A stretch of DNA of 64,000 nt from Macrostomum lignano (Eukaryota): the NCBI GenBank assembly GCA_002269645.1, contig NIVC01002269.1, forward strand, positions 47,129 to 111,128, in the 5' to 3' direction. A program made the translations under genes and the position numbers. Below the pieces are notes generated by a model. It was given only the letters and a program-made list of their open reading frames with translations, ran no database searches and was not told the origin of the DNA. Positions 62,201-64,000 of this stretch are shown here, piece by piece. Positions within the stretch are counted from its first letter, which is position 1; every line of letters begins with the position of its first letter.

Positions 62201-64000
62201 CCAGGAGTTCGATTCTTGTCGTGCAGTAGTTGAACTCGGCGCCGTGTAAGCGTCGGCTTCCGTACGCAATGACCCGCTCGGACCCGTCCTCCTGGATCTG
62301 CGACAACACCGCCCCGAGGCCCTGCCGAGTACTTCCATCCGTGTCCAAGATGAACTCTCCCGCTTTGGCTTCGAAATTTGGGTACGCCATGACGTGACAT
62401 CCGGTCAGCTCTTCTTTGAGTTTTTTGAAGGCCTCGTCGTGTTCAGCGCTCCAGCGGAAGTTCTTGTCCTTCTTGGTCAGGTCGAACAACGGCGCGGCGA
62501 CAAGCGAGAATTCAGGTATGAAGTTCCTGTAGTACCCCGCCAGGCCTAGGAATGACTGCAACTCCCTCGTGTTTCTCGGTGTATTCCAATTGTTGACTTC
62601 CTTGATTTTTTCAGGGTCGACATCTATACCGTCCTCCGACACAACGTGCCCTAAGAATTTCACTCTGTCTGCCAAAAATCGGCATTTAGATGGCTTCAGT
62701 TTGAGATTGGCGGCCCGTAGTCATCGAAACACCGCTTCCAGGTTTTGCAGATGTTCTGGGACCGTTCGCGACCAGATTATGATGTCGTCGATGTACACGA
62801 GCGCCATCTTCCAGAGGAGATCATGCAGCACCATGCTCATCAGCCGAGTGAACGTTGCCGGTGCATTGGTCAGTCCAAACGGCAGGACATTGAACGCAAA
62901 CTGTCCTCGGTGCGGGACCACAAACGCAGTCTTGTGCCGATCCTCCCCTTTGACGGCGACTTGCCAATATCCGGAGAACAGGTCAAGAGTCGAGAACACT
63001 GCAGCACCTCTTAGTGCTTCGAGGGCGTCATCAACCCGCGGGATCGCGATGGCATCTCTTACTGTTAGTTGGTTCAGTTCTCGATAATCGATGCACAGCC
63101 GCAGCTCTCCGTCCTTTCTTACGGACACACACCACCGCGTGAGCTGCCACGGCGATTGTGTCGGCTCGATCTTCTTGGTCGCCAGCAGCTCATTCAGTTG
63201 CCGGTCAACTTCACCACGCAATGGGGGGGGGGCAGCCGCCGCGGGGGCTGCTTCACCGCCGGTCCAGTGGTCTCGATTTCGTGCTGCACTAAATCGGTTA
63301 TCCCGAGTTGTGACGCGTCCTCGGCGAAGACGTCTGTGTAGCGATTGATCAGTTCCAGGAAATTCTTGCGATCGACCTCTGTGAGCTTCTTGGACCCGTG
63401 CTCGTTCAGGGACGCCTCCGGATCCCAGGGGTCGCTGTTCTTTTTCAAACCCGAAACTGGAGCTCCCTCGTCGACGCTGACATCATCACTTCCTGAGCTG
63501 GATCCGCCGCGCCGAAACCAGCCAATGACAGCTCCCTTCCGCAGTCGAAGCTCCGAATCCGTGATGTTTTGCGAAGTGCACCGGAAGAGTGTTCCCCGGC
63601 TGGACGAAGCATACGCTCCTGGCTAACATAGGTCGTTCGTCGCTTTTTGGTCGCTTGTCTGACTCAGCAATTCCCAACACTCCAACATTTCGAGTCTCCG
63701 TCCTGCGGATTCTTGCTGAGGCGGTGATCTCGTGGTGCGCGGGTATAACCACGTTCTCACTCAGGTACAGCCTGCAGATTACGGGCTTATGTTTGGTCTC
63801 TCTTATCGGCACTCTCGATCCGTTTACATGAAATATTCCTTTGGCAAAAATCAATTAAGCAGGCGTGCCGGCGCAAAAAATCTGTGCCCAGCAGTAGCTC
63901 GTATCCGACTCCTTGGACCACTGCGATTGGCGTCTGCAGGACTTCCGAACCGAACTGTAGTGGCAGTGTAACGCACCCTTGGACCTTCATAGGGGTCCCA
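59239..64000 (-). mobile_element. Gypsy LTR retrotransposon, decayed pol (PR-RT-RNaseH-IN), truncated 3' LTR; continues past the right edge
   Basis: PR end (ELLLGTDFL) at about 63990-63790. RT (LCIDYRELN, FSTLDLFSGYWQV, LPFGLTNAPATF, YIDD) 63221-62721. RNaseH (ILDTDGS, ELLAVV, VRTDH). IN (HHCC, DLIGP, SDQG, NGQVE, GPY/F-like PWSGPA) to 60243. PPT GCGGGGGAGGG at 59261-59251, then a TGTTGTGGCCTG LTR stub. Confidence 0.93.
59460..59940. repeat. 21-bp GC-rich tandem repeat in the Gypsy 3' UTR
   Basis: Unit gggccgcagacgccggaca(g/a)c. Confidence 0.9.

Overview
This is animal (eukaryotic) genomic DNA with spliceosomal GT-AG introns, GC-rich exons and very dense minisatellites. The style resembles a repeat-rich invertebrate such as a Macrostomum-like flatworm, which is an inference and not confirmed. 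Six spliced host genes could be assembled by hand: MAU2/Scc4 (-, runs off the left edge), a 4-exon single-domain bacterial-style L-asparaginase-family gene (+), a long C21orf58/DUF4587-like gene (+), arfaptin (-), an ankyrin-repeat DHHC palmitoyltransferase (+) and TRAP-alpha/SSR1 (-). Most introns carry their own unrelated minisatellite. Mobile DNA includes a young Mag-like Gypsy element with identical LTRs but no RT/RNaseH, a decayed Gypsy pol running off the right edge, two solo LTRs with 4-bp TSDs, two tRNA-derived CORE-like SINEs, P-like and hAT-like non-autonomous elements, and a small Polinton-type DNA polymerase B relic that appears to have seeded a 24-bp minisatellite. No rRNA, intact tRNA or CRISPR array was found. 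Most long ORFs in the supplied track are tandem-repeat artefacts.
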